This document shows positions 10,601-18,210 of a stretch of DNA of 64,000 bases, piece after piece. The notes under the pieces were generated by a model that had not been told where the DNA came from, did no database searches, and worked only from the letters and a program-made list of their open reading frames with translations. The translations under genes and the position numbers were made by a program. Each line of letters starts with the position of its first letter. Position 1 is the first letter of the stretch. Source of the stretch: Anaerolineae bacterium (GTDB lineage Bacteria > Chloroflexota > Anaerolineae > S140-20); the NCBI GenBank assembly GCA_027021705.1, contig JALUTT010000056.1, positions 76,957 through 140,956 of the forward strand, given 5' to 3'.

Positions 10601-10912
10601 CCCATAGGTGGCGTTGAGGGCCAGAGACCACGGGAGCCCCACCAGGTTCAAGCCGGCCGCCAGGAGGGCGGAGAGGGGGGCCTGAAACAGGAAGAGGGGA
10701 TAGCCATAACCGTGGGCCATATGGGGAGCCCAACGAGAGAAGAGGACCCCCTGGCGCAGCAGCGCCCCCACCTCTACGGCGCGCCAGAGATGGAAGACGT
10801 TGTCATAGCCACAGGTGAGGTCCTGACTCAGAAGGGGCTGGAGGGCCGGCAGGGCCAACAGCAGCAGCAGCAATGGGATGGCGAAGGCTCTTCGCATCCG
10901 TGGGTCTCGCAT
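7697..10912 (-). CDS. Large GT-C-type membrane protein (PTPS-related / YfhO-like) with C-terminal extracellular beta domains
   Basis: D..FHLWR and RWAP..AHGYGYPLF motifs, many TM segments, QFPWRFL, FYFPGW, and repeated VTLxW...G.Y.L domains. Confidence 0.8.
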   Translation of the reverse strand: MRDPRMRRAFAIPLLLLLLALPALQPLLSQDLTCGYDNVFHLWRAVEVGALLRQGVLFSRWAPHMAHGYGYPLFLFQAPLSALLAAGLNLVGLPWSLALNATYGLGLLLSGLTLWLLARDLWGESGGWAAAIAFLYAPFHAYVAFYRASLSETLAWSFPPLVLWGLRRWQRWRERRGLAAAVLGLVALMLTHDVSAYAFLPLFLGWMLAVALGESDRAPRPPRPAGTHSHGPLLGSLGRGGLALALGLGGSALFWLPALLERGTIQFQRAQSAWPFQYAYNFLPLDQMLALPRNADPTLINDWPPRGLGGLLLVLALGGGLVGLRRDRERRILTGLLLLALAGYLLLALPLSRPLWDALPPLAAFQFPWRFLAPATLIAALLTGAPVEGRSVPRTHRSDAAVGSRTALARWVPLLLPPVFLLLLGMGHWGWFYPRRCPPPADTTLQGMVAWERTTHTLGTTAKGELLPIWVRRMPQDEGDRPPWEARFPLADLPEGGRLLQADYGPLDLRVEVETPVAFQARLRAFYFPGWRAWLDGEPVPIVPTDPEGLIALDLPAGRHTVVLRFEETPLRLLADGLSLLSLILLLAALGTARPRSHPLDRETVALWPYVLLGLLLLALKLLLVDQGATPLRRSRLGPTGGLAGLDRPLPLTFGSPDPAQARLALLGHRRLPEALPADGPLEVVLYWRPLVVGRGDYRVGLTLVDEAGLRWSAAGLRDSRWYRNPPPTYEWPAEGYALTAFLVDPLPGTPPGDYTLRLSLFERETLTPLTIYDPSGRSLGPWVELGRVRVTPPRRPWDPTAVAMPYRLEACTPPPPDRPCFWGAAVDRAEAAPGDPALVTLFWSPPEGAQAGAQQAVPLRLVDDAGEVAASWPITLPVLPAGLWRAQRLLRLPAGLADGAYTWRLVLPDGAALSWGKLTLHAPARVWEAPPPALPVGVTLGGRATLLGANLTPMEGPVVALEPGGVLTVTLVWRAEAEMERSYHVFLHLRGPGGEMVAQSDGVPAGWRRPTTGWLPGEVVVDERVLKLPGALPAGVYTLSAGLYDPESGQRLVAPDGADALPLPVRIEAQ

Positions 10913-10989
10913 TCCTTGGGAGCGCAGGCAAGTAGTCCCAATGATACCACACCGGCTGGCAAAGGACAACAGGCGGGAGAGGGGGGAAA

Positions 10990-11017
10990 TTGACAGGGCA
11001 GGCAACAACGGTATAAT
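10990..11017 (+). promoter_or_regulatory. Predicted sigma70 promoter of modABC
   Basis: TTGACA-16 bp-TATAAT. Confidence 0.7.
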
Positions 11018-11040
11018 TCGGGGGACTCTTGGAGCAGACG

Positions 11041-11883
11041 ATGACCCCTCTCAAAGCCTTGGCCGAGCCGACGGGAGTGGATCTCCTCAAGCCTCAGCGG
11101 GTCTGGGGGCCCTGGCGGCTGGTGACCCTCATCCTGCTCCTGGTGGGGCTGCTTCCGGCCTGCCGCCGGACCGACGGCGATGGACCGCAGCGCCCCGTCA
11201 CGCTGACCGTCTCGGCGGCGTCCGACCTCACCCTCGCCTTCCGGGAGATCGGCCGGGAGTTCGAGGAGGAAACAGGCATCCGGGTGCGCTTCAACTTCGG
11301 TTCCAGCGGCCAACTGGCCCAGCAGATCGAGCAGGGTGCGCCCGTGGACCTCTTCGCCTCGGCCAACGTGGCCTACATCGAAGAGCTGGAGGAGCGGGGG
11401 TTGATCCTCCCCGACACGAAGCAGGTCTACGCCCGAGGCCGGATCATCCTCTGGACCCGGGCCGACAGCCCGCTGCAGATCGAAGGGATCGAGGAGCTGG
11501 CCCGCCCCCAGGTGGAGCGGATCGCCATCGCCAACCCAGACCACGCCCCCTACGGCGTCGCCGCCCGACAGGCCCTCCAGACAGCCGGCCTCTGGGAGGC
11601 GATCCAGCCCAAGCTGGTGCTGGGTGAGAACGTGCGCCAGACCCTTCAGTACGCCGAGACGGGCAACGTGGATGTGGCCATCGTCGCCCTCTCACTGGGT
11701 GTGGGGGGAGAAGGGCGCTGGGTGCTGATCCCTGAGGCACTCCACCGGCCCATAGACCAAGCGATGGCCGTCGTCCGGGGCACGCCCCACGAAGAGGAGG
11801 CCCGTCGGTTCGCCGCCTTCGTCAGCGGTCCCCAGGGACGGCCGATCTTGCGCCGGTACGGCTTTACCCTGCCCGGCGAGTGA
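11041..11883 (+). CDS. modA: Molybdate ABC transporter substrate-binding lipoprotein
   Basis: SAASDL, FGSSGQLAQQIEQGAPVDLFASAN, ANPDHAPYG and GENVRQ motifs; lipobox LPAC. Exact start uncertain. Confidence 0.92.
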   Translation: MTPLKALAEPTGVDLLKPQRVWGPWRLVTLILLLVGLLPACRRTDGDGPQRPVTLTVSAASDLTLAFREIGREFEEETGIRVRFNFGSSGQLAQQIEQGAPVDLFASANVAYIEELEERGLILPDTKQVYARGRIILWTRADSPLQIEGIEELARPQVERIAIANPDHAPYGVAARQALQTAGLWEAIQPKLVLGENVRQTLQYAETGNVDVAIVALSLGVGGEGRWVLIPEALHRPIDQAMAVVRGTPHEEEARRFAAFVSGPQGRPILRRYGFTLPGE

Positions 11884-11950
11884 GTGTCCATCCTGGCCCT
11901 CTCGCCGATCGGAGCGCTGTAGCGGCCTTTCTTCAGAGGGAGCAACGGTT

Positions 11951-12592
11951 ATGGACTGGCAGCCCCTTCTCCTGTCGCTCCGGGTGACGGCGGTCGCCGT
12001 CGTCCTCATCTTCGGGGTGGGATTGGCTCTGGCCGTCCTCCTGGCCCGGAGCCGTTTTCCCGGCCAGACCCTGCTGGAGACGGTGATCAACCTGCCCCTG
12101 GTGTTGCCCCCCAGCGTGGTGGGCTACTACCTGCTGCTGGCCTTGGGGCGGGGGAGTCCGCTGGCCGAGGGGTTGGGGGTGCGCCTGCTCTTCACCTGGC
12201 CGGCCGCTGCCCTCGCCTCGGCCAGCGTCGGGCTGCCGCTGATGGTCCAGGCCGCCCGGGCGGCCATCGCCAGCGTGGACCCGGCCCTGGAGAACGCCGC
12301 CCGCACCCTGGGCTCCTCGGAGCCGGAGGTCTTCTGGCGGGTCACCTTCCCTCTGGCCCGGCGGGGGATCTTGGCCGGCCTGGTGCTGAGCGCCGCTCGC
12401 GCCCTGGGGGAGTTTGGGGCTACCCTGATGGTGGCCGGCAACATCCCCGGACGCACCCAGACGCTCCCTCTGGCCATCTACGATGCGGTCCAGAACCGCC
12501 AGTACGCTATGGCCAACCAGATGGTCCTGCTGATGACGGTCCTCGCCTTCCTCAGCCTGATTCTGGTGCGCCGGCTGGAGCAGACCGGCTGA
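11951..12592 (+). CDS. modB: Molybdate ABC transporter permease
   Basis: LPLVLPPSVVGYYLL, ARALGEFGATLMVAGNIPGRTQTLPLAIY. Confidence 0.95.
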   Translation: MDWQPLLLSLRVTAVAVVLIFGVGLALAVLLARSRFPGQTLLETVINLPLVLPPSVVGYYLLLALGRGSPLAEGLGVRLLFTWPAAALASASVGLPLMVQAARAAIASVDPALENAARTLGSSEPEVFWRVTFPLARRGILAGLVLSAARALGEFGATLMVAGNIPGRTQTLPLAIYDAVQNRQYAMANQMVLLMTVLAFLSLILVRRLEQTG

Positions 12593-12611
12593 GGCAGGAG
12601 TTCTGACAACG

Positions 12612-13775
12612 ATGCCCTCAACCCGCTTGGTGGCCGACATCGAGAAGCAACTGGAGCACTTCCGCCTGGCCCTTCGGCTGGAGGTGGGGACCGAGGTCCT
12701 GGTCCTCTTCGGTCCCTCCGGCGCGGGCAAGACGACGGTCCTGAACGCCATCGCCGGGCTGATGACCCCCGATGCCGGGGAGATCACGCTGGACGGGCGG
12801 CCCTTCTTCCGACGTCACCGCCCCGGGCCGGCGGTGAACCTGCCGGCCCGCAAGCGGCGGATCGGCTACGTCTTCCAGCAGTACGCCCTCTTCCCCCATC
12901 TGACGGCGCTGGAGAACGTGGCCTACCCCCTGCGACGCCGGCGGGACGGGCCTCAGCAGGCGATGGCCCTCCTGAAGAAGATGGGCATCGCCCACCTGGC
13001 CCATCGTTACCCCCACGAGATGTCCGGCGGCCAGCAACAGCGGGTCGCCATCGCCCGGGCCCTGGCCGCCGACCCCCAGGTCCTCCTCCTGGACGAGCCC
13101 TTCTCGGCGCTGGACACCACCTTGCGCGAACGGCTCCAGCGGGAGCTGCGCGACCTGCAGCGGGAGCTGGAGCTGGTGGTGCTCTACGTAACCCACAGCT
13201 TGGAAGATGCCTTCGCCGTGGGCCATCGGCTGGCGGTCATCCGTCAAGGGCAGGTCGAGCAGATGGGGCCGGTGGAGGCCGTCTTCCGCCGCCCGACGAA
13301 CCGCCAGGTGGCGGAGATCATGGGCATCCGTAACCTCTTCCACGCCCGCGTGGTGGAACGGAGGGCGACAGGCTTGGTGCTGGATTGGGACGGGCTGCGG
13401 CTGGAAGCGCCCCCCCAGCCGGCCGGGGTGGGGGAGGTGGTGACCGCCTACATCCGCCCCGAGGACATCAAGGTGCTCTACCCCGACCGACCCTTGCGGC
13501 CCATCCTCCGGCCCAACCAGGTGGTCGGTCGGATCGTGCAACGGCAGCCCAACTCCAGCTTCCAGACCCTGCGGGTCGCCCTGGCCAACGGCCACCAGGT
13601 GGAGATCCGGTTCCCCGTCTACGCCTACGCGCCCCTTTCGCTGAGGCCGGGGGAGGAGGTCCACCTCTCCCTCCGCAAAGATGGGTTGGTGATCCTCCAC
13701 CCGCCCCCCTCGCGCCGGTCGGGCTCGGAGCCGTCGGGCTTGGAAAGCCCTCCTACGGCAGCAGACCGGATGTAG
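12612..13775 (+). CDS. modC: Molybdate ABC transporter ATPase with TOBE-like C-terminus
   Basis: GPSGAGKT, MSGGQQQRVAIARAL, LLLDEPFSALD; follows modAB. Confidence 0.9.
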   Translation: MPSTRLVADIEKQLEHFRLALRLEVGTEVLVLFGPSGAGKTTVLNAIAGLMTPDAGEITLDGRPFFRRHRPGPAVNLPARKRRIGYVFQQYALFPHLTALENVAYPLRRRRDGPQQAMALLKKMGIAHLAHRYPHEMSGGQQQRVAIARALAADPQVLLLDEPFSALDTTLRERLQRELRDLQRELELVVLYVTHSLEDAFAVGHRLAVIRQGQVEQMGPVEAVFRRPTNRQVAEIMGIRNLFHARVVERRATGLVLDWDGLRLEAPPQPAGVGEVVTAYIRPEDIKVLYPDRPLRPILRPNQVVGRIVQRQPNSSFQTLRVALANGHQVEIRFPVYAYAPLSLRPGEEVHLSLRKDGLVILHPPPSRRSGSEPSGLESPPTAADRM

Positions 13776-14054
13776 GAGGCCCTTCCAGGGCCGAGCTTCC
13801 GGGCCGAACGCACGTCGAGCTTGGAAAGCTCTCCTACAGCAGCAGACCGGATGTAGGAGGCCCTTCCAGGGCCGAGCTTCCGGGCCGAACGCACGTCGAG
13901 CTTGGAAAGCTCTCCTACAGCAGCAGACCGGGCGTAGGAGGCCCTTCCAGGGCCGAGCTTCCGGGCCGAACGCACGTCGAGCTTGGAAAGCTCTCCTACA
14001 GCAGCAGACCGGGCGTAGGAGGCCCTTCCAGGGCCGAGCTTCCGGGCCGAACGC
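13733..14054. repeat. Tandem array of 4 x 81 bp inverted GTAG-type REP doublets (BIME/REPIN-like)
   Basis: TGGAAAG recurs at 13741, 13822, 13903 and 13984. Each unit carries GTCG(G/A)GCTTGGAAAGC(C/T)CTCCTAC and an inverted GTAGGAGGCCCTTCCAGGGCCGA. Lies between convergent genes. Confidence 0.92.
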
Positions 14055-14878
14055 TAGCCGCTCCGGTGGAGCTTGCCGGCCCGCTTGGCGTACCGCTCCG
14101 CCAGGCCGAAGACCCACAGCCCAACGGGAACGGCTATCAGGCCCATCACCAGCACCGGCCAGACGTAGGGCCAGAGGCGCAGGGTAGGCAGCCCCTCCAG
14201 CAGCGCCCGACGGGTCCCCTCCAGTACGTAGGTGGCCGGGCTGAGGATGGCCAACCGCTGCAGGAAGGCGGGCAGCACCTCCACCGGGTAGTAGACGCCC
14301 GAGACCAGCAGCAGCATAGCGATGACGACGTGGGTCATCTGGGAGCCCCGCTCCGGGAACAGGAGGGGCAGGATCGAGGCCATAATCCCCACGCCGATGA
14401 AGGAGAGGCTGCCGGCCATCAGCATCAGTGTGCCGCCGAAGAGGTTGGCCCCCTTTAGGCTGATGTCGAAGAGCAACACCGTCACCAACAGGATGACGGC
14501 GGTGAAGGCCAGGCTGTAGAGGACGGCGAAGAGGGTCTGGCCGGCCATGTGGGTGATGCGCCGGATGGGGGCCATCAGGGTGTACTCGATGGTCCCCTCC
14601 CAGCGCTCCATCCCGATCACGTCGGTGATCCAGTAGAAGATCATCGAGAGATAGCGCCAAACCAGCGTCCCGATCACCAGGTAGAGCACCAAGAAGCGGG
14701 CATCCATCTCTTGACCGCTGATCCGCTCCATTCCCAGGCCAATGTAGCTGACGGAGAGGCTGTTGGCGATGGAGTAGACCAGCCAGACCATCTCCCAGGA
14801 CCAGTACCGTTTAACCAGGTTGGCGTTGCGCTCCACAAAGGCGTAAGAGGCACGCAGTTGGTGTAGGGCCATTGACAT
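14054..14878 (-). CDS. ABC-2 type exporter permease
   Basis: ERWEGTIEYTLMAP, LVSGVYYPVEVLPAFLQ, SPATY; about 6 TM segments. Confidence 0.92.
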   Translation of the reverse strand: MSMALHQLRASYAFVERNANLVKRYWSWEMVWLVYSIANSLSVSYIGLGMERISGQEMDARFLVLYLVIGTLVWRYLSMIFYWITDVIGMERWEGTIEYTLMAPIRRITHMAGQTLFAVLYSLAFTAVILLVTVLLFDISLKGANLFGGTLMLMAGSLSFIGVGIMASILPLLFPERGSQMTHVVIAMLLLVSGVYYPVEVLPAFLQRLAILSPATYVLEGTRRALLEGLPTLRLWPYVWPVLVMGLIAVPVGLWVFGLAERYAKRAGKLHRSG

Positions 14879-14879
14879 C

Positions 14880-15719
14880 TCAGCCTCCCGATTCTGGTTC
14901 TTCTTCGGTAAGCGGTCGCCCCGTCAACGCCAGGAAGACGTCCTCCAGAGTAGGCAGGTCCCCGTTTTGCTGGGGCACCAGGGCTTTCAGGTTGCCGGGG
15001 GTGTCAAGGGCCACGATGCGCCCCCGGTCCATAATGGCGATGCGGTCGCAGAGGACCTCGGCTTCCGCCATATCGTGGGTGGTGAGCAGGATGGTCGTCC
15101 CGTGCACCTCCCGCAGCTCCCGCACCACCGCCTGCACCTCCCGCTTGGAGCGGGGGTCTAGGCCGGTGGTCGGCTCGTCCAGCAGCAATAGGCGGGGGCG
15201 GGAGAGGAGGGCGCGGGCGATGGCGACCTTCTGCTGCATGCCGCGCGACATCTCCTCCATCGGGCGGTAGATGACCCGCTCTTCCAGCCCCAGCCGGGTG
15301 AGGATTTCGACCACCTGGCGGCGGATCTCGCGCCCGCCCATTCCGTAAAGGCGGGCCCCGTACTGCAGGTTCTCCATCGGCGAGAGCTTCTTGAAGAAAC
15401 TGGCCTCGACCGAGACGCGGTTGATCAGCCGCTGGACCTGCATAGCCTGTCGGACCACGTCGTAGCCGAAGACCAGGATCTCCCCGCCGTCGGGGAGGAG
15501 CAGGGTGGCGATCAGCCGGATCAGGGTGGACTTGCCGGAACCGTTAGGCCCCAGCACTCCGAAGATCTCCCCCTCCCGCACAGTGAAGGAGACGTGGTCC
15601 ACAGCGACCACACGGGGTTGTCCATTGCCGCTCCCCCTTTGGCGCAGGCGCTGCCAGAGGGGGACCCCACGCTTGCCAAAGTGTTTGTACGCCTCACGGA
15701 CGATGACAGCCTCTGACAT
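14880..15719 (-). CDS. ABC exporter ATP-binding protein (DrrA-like)
   Basis: GPNGSGKS, MSRGMQQK, LLLDEPTTGLDP, TTHDM, PTLEDVFLALTG. Confidence 0.95.
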   Translation of the reverse strand: MSEAVIVREAYKHFGKRGVPLWQRLRQRGSGNGQPRVVAVDHVSFTVREGEIFGVLGPNGSGKSTLIRLIATLLLPDGGEILVFGYDVVRQAMQVQRLINRVSVEASFFKKLSPMENLQYGARLYGMGGREIRRQVVEILTRLGLEERVIYRPMEEMSRGMQQKVAIARALLSRPRLLLLDEPTTGLDPRSKREVQAVVRELREVHGTTILLTTHDMAEAEVLCDRIAIMDRGRIVALDTPGNLKALVPQQNGDLPTLEDVFLALTGRPLTEEEPESGG

Positions 15720-15740
15720 CGTTTCACCTCGCTCGTAAGG

Positions 15741-15782
15741 AAAAGAAAAAGGCCACGGAGAGGGTCAGGGAACCCCGTGGCC
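15741..15782 (-). terminator. Intrinsic terminator in the 5' leader of the ABC operon (attenuator)
   Basis: Minus strand GGCCACGGGG-loop-CTCCGTGGCC followed by TTTTTCTTTT, about 20 nt before the ATPase start. Confidence 0.85.
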
Positions 15783-15866
15783 AGGGAAGGGCGAAGACAG
15801 GCCAAAAGGAAGCGGCCACGGGGCTGGAGTGCGCCCGTGGCCGCAATAAGGACCGAAAAAGATTAC

Positions 15867-15959
15867 CTACTTTTCAGGGGGCGCACTCCAGAAGTGGAAA
15901 GAAACACTGCTGCTAGGAACGGTGCGCAGGCGGATGATGGGGCGAAAGCCGCCGAACAT
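15867..15959 (-). CDS. Putative 30-aa leader peptide MFGGFRPIIRLRTVPSSSVSFHFWSAPPEK
   Basis: Strong AAGGAGG RBS. Sits between the promoter and the attenuator. Its 3' codons are complementary to a downstream hairpin. Confidence 0.7.
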   Translation of the reverse strand: MFGGFRPIIRLRTVPSSSVSFHFWSAPPEK

Positions 15960-16014
15960 TGGGTGCGCCTCCTTTCTTGCATCTCTTGCACTGAAGATCG
16001 GAAGAAGTGCCAAA

Positions 16015-16043
16015 AGTGTACCACAATTCGGGCAGGGCGTCAA
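16015..16043 (-). promoter_or_regulatory. Predicted sigma70 promoter of the leader/ABC operon
   Basis: TTGACG-17 bp-TACACT with an extended TG. Confidence 0.75.
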
Positions 16044-16055
16044 GGTCATTTCCGC

Positions 16056-16208
16056 GGTGATTACCCACAAGTGAGCGAGAGCGTGGTCCGTAGCAGGCCG
16101 TCCACGAATTTCTCACCAATGCACGATTGAGGCGGTCCTTCATTCGTGTATTCGTGCCCCCTTCGTGGACGGCTAGCCTCCCTATCTCCAAAGATATGGG
16201 TAATCACC
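16056..16208. mobile_element. MITE family A, full copy (153 bp)
   Basis: Nearly identical to 7506-7658. Flanks GGTCATTTCCGC / GGTCCTTTCCGT (10/12 direct repeat). Confidence 0.92.
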
Positions 16209-18210
16209 GGTCCTTTCCGTCCACGGTGATCATGCCCACGACGACCTCATCCCCCACCCGGCTGCGGGCATCGGTGAAAGCGGCGAAGGGGGAGCCGCTG
16301 TCGTACCAGCCCACCAAGAGAGGGTAGCGCCCTGGAGCTACCTCATCCGGCAGGAGGACCTCGAAGCGCTCCCGTACCCCTTGGCCCGGCTGCCACGCCG
16401 TCGTGGGGTACAGCGCCAGGGTGGGGAGGTGGACGATGCGGGCATCGTCCACGCCCCCCAGCCGGCTCACCGCCAGCAGGGGAGGGCGATCGGCCAGAGA
16501 GCCTAGAGCGATCCAGTCGTAGCGCAGGCGGAACCGCCGCCCGCCCAGGGGCTCCACCTCTGCCCCCACCAACCCGATGGCCTCCCCAAAGCGGGCCTGA
16601 AGGGGGGAAGGATCGGCGGCAAACCACTCGACCTGCTGCCCCAGCGCCCGGCCGGCCGGTGGGTGGCGCTGGAAGAGGAGTAAGCCATCCCGGGCAGCCA
16701 CCAGCCCGAAGGCCGGATCGCGCAGCAGCAGCGTGATGGCAGGCACGTCGTACATCACGCCGCCGGCGATGTAGGCCCCCTTGACGGGAACGGCGTAGTC
16801 GAAGAGGGCATCGGGCAGCGCGTAGGCCACCTCATCCAGACGACGGGCCAGACGCAGGGAGGCCGGGCTGGGGGGCTCGTCCCCATAGCGCACCAGGTAG
16901 AGGGTCGGGCGGTTGGTCAGGCGTGGGGCCAGAAAGGTGGAGACCGCCAAGGGGAGGTCGGGAGGGACTTGGGCCGGCAGCCAGCGATCCTTAAGGGCAT
17001 CGCGGGAGGTACGGCCATAGGCCCAGGGGTCAAGGCCCCGCCCGGGCACCCCCGTCCAGAAGAGGGGGCTGAGAGGGGTGTCCACGAGCCCCGCGTTGAA
17101 GAGGGCAACGATGGCCAGGGTCAGGAAGACCTGCCCCCGCCAGGGCGGGCGGGTTCTCCGCCGATCGGAGGCCTGAAGTGCCGGCCCCCTGACCAGGGCA
17201 GCGGCACCGTAGACAATGGCGGCCACCAGGAAGGGGACGGCCAGGGCGTAGTGGTGGTAGCGGTAGTCATAGACGGGGCCGGGGCCGGTGCTGAGGAGCA
17301 CGGGGAGGGCGATGATGGCGGCCGGGAGGAACCAAGAGGGGGCGTGGCGTCCCAGCAGCAGGGCCGGGCCGAAGACTACGATGCCGTTCAGGAGCCGGTC
17401 GCCCACCGTGGCAGGCACCAACCGGTTCAGCGCCCCGAAGTAGAAGGTCAGCAGGTAGTCCAGGCCGGTGGGAGAGGGAGGAGGCATCTGGGCCGGGGCA
17501 AAGAGGGGCTGCACGACCAGGAGGGCCATCCCTGTCCAGGCCAGACCGGCCAGGATGGTGATCCGGCCCATCCGGCGCTCGCCCCGCCATCCGATGACCA
17601 CCCCCAGGGTGGTGACGACGATGCCCACGTAGAGCTTGCAGCTGAGGGCCAGGGCCAGCCAGAGGGCGTAGGGCCGCCAGGCCCGACGGTCGAGAGCCTC
17701 GATGGTCAGGAGCAGCAAGGGCATCGCCAGGGTGTCGCCGTGAAAATCGAAGAGCACAGCGGTCTGGGCAACAGGGTAGAGCAGGTAGCTCAGCATCAGC
17801 GCCCGAGCAGCGTTCCGGCTGCCGGTGTGGCGCAGGACCAGCCGGTAGACAGGCAACGCCCCCAACGTGAAGAGGGCCGCCTGGACCACCAGCAGGAGGC
17901 GGGGATCGGGCCAGAGCCGGTAGGGGAGGGCGAGGAGGAAGTAGATCACCTCGACGTGGAGGGCAAGACGGCTGAGGTTACCTTCCGTAAAGGTGAACTC
18001 CAGGGGCCGCCCGTGACCGGCACTCCAGATCGCCTGAGCCATATTGCCCAGATCGAACATCCCAACGTTGTAAGCCCCGTAGCGCATCAAGCTGAGGGTG
18101 GTCAGCATCCCCCCCACGACCAGTGCCATCACCAACGCCCACCCATCCATTGGAGGCGGATGATGGCCCCTAACCCTCGCCGCCGGTCGGTCAACGGCCT
18201 GGCTCATCAT
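16204..18210 (-). CDS. DUF2079-like GT-C membrane protein
   Basis: FDLGNMAQAIW, LALH, LFDFHGDTLAMP, YHHY, many TM segments, C-terminal beta domain. Its TGA stop lies inside the MITE terminus. Confidence 0.8.
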   Translation of the reverse strand: MMSQAVDRPAARVRGHHPPPMDGWALVMALVVGGMLTTLSLMRYGAYNVGMFDLGNMAQAIWSAGHGRPLEFTFTEGNLSRLALHVEVIYFLLALPYRLWPDPRLLLVVQAALFTLGALPVYRLVLRHTGSRNAARALMLSYLLYPVAQTAVLFDFHGDTLAMPLLLLTIEALDRRAWRPYALWLALALSCKLYVGIVVTTLGVVIGWRGERRMGRITILAGLAWTGMALLVVQPLFAPAQMPPPSPTGLDYLLTFYFGALNRLVPATVGDRLLNGIVVFGPALLLGRHAPSWFLPAAIIALPVLLSTGPGPVYDYRYHHYALAVPFLVAAIVYGAAALVRGPALQASDRRRTRPPWRGQVFLTLAIVALFNAGLVDTPLSPLFWTGVPGRGLDPWAYGRTSRDALKDRWLPAQVPPDLPLAVSTFLAPRLTNRPTLYLVRYGDEPPSPASLRLARRLDEVAYALPDALFDYAVPVKGAYIAGGVMYDVPAITLLLRDPAFGLVAARDGLLLFQRHPPAGRALGQQVEWFAADPSPLQARFGEAIGLVGAEVEPLGGRRFRLRYDWIALGSLADRPPLLAVSRLGGVDDARIVHLPTLALYPTTAWQPGQGVRERFEVLLPDEVAPGRYPLLVGWYDSGSPFAAFTDARSRVGDEVVVGMITVDGKDR

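Noticed and set aside
7632..10733. 1033-aa Pro/Arg/Gly-rich minus-strand ORF
   Set aside because: Alternative frame of the GT-C gene with low-complexity, GC-driven composition.
13733..14054. CRISPR array
   Set aside because: The intervening sequences are identical rather than unique spacers, the unit is an 81-bp inverted REP pair, and there are no cas genes.
12618..14660. 680-aa ORF with 27-aa repeats (RRAFGPEARPWKGLL...)
   Set aside because: The repeats are just the 81-bp array read in frame, and the ORF overlaps modC and the permease.
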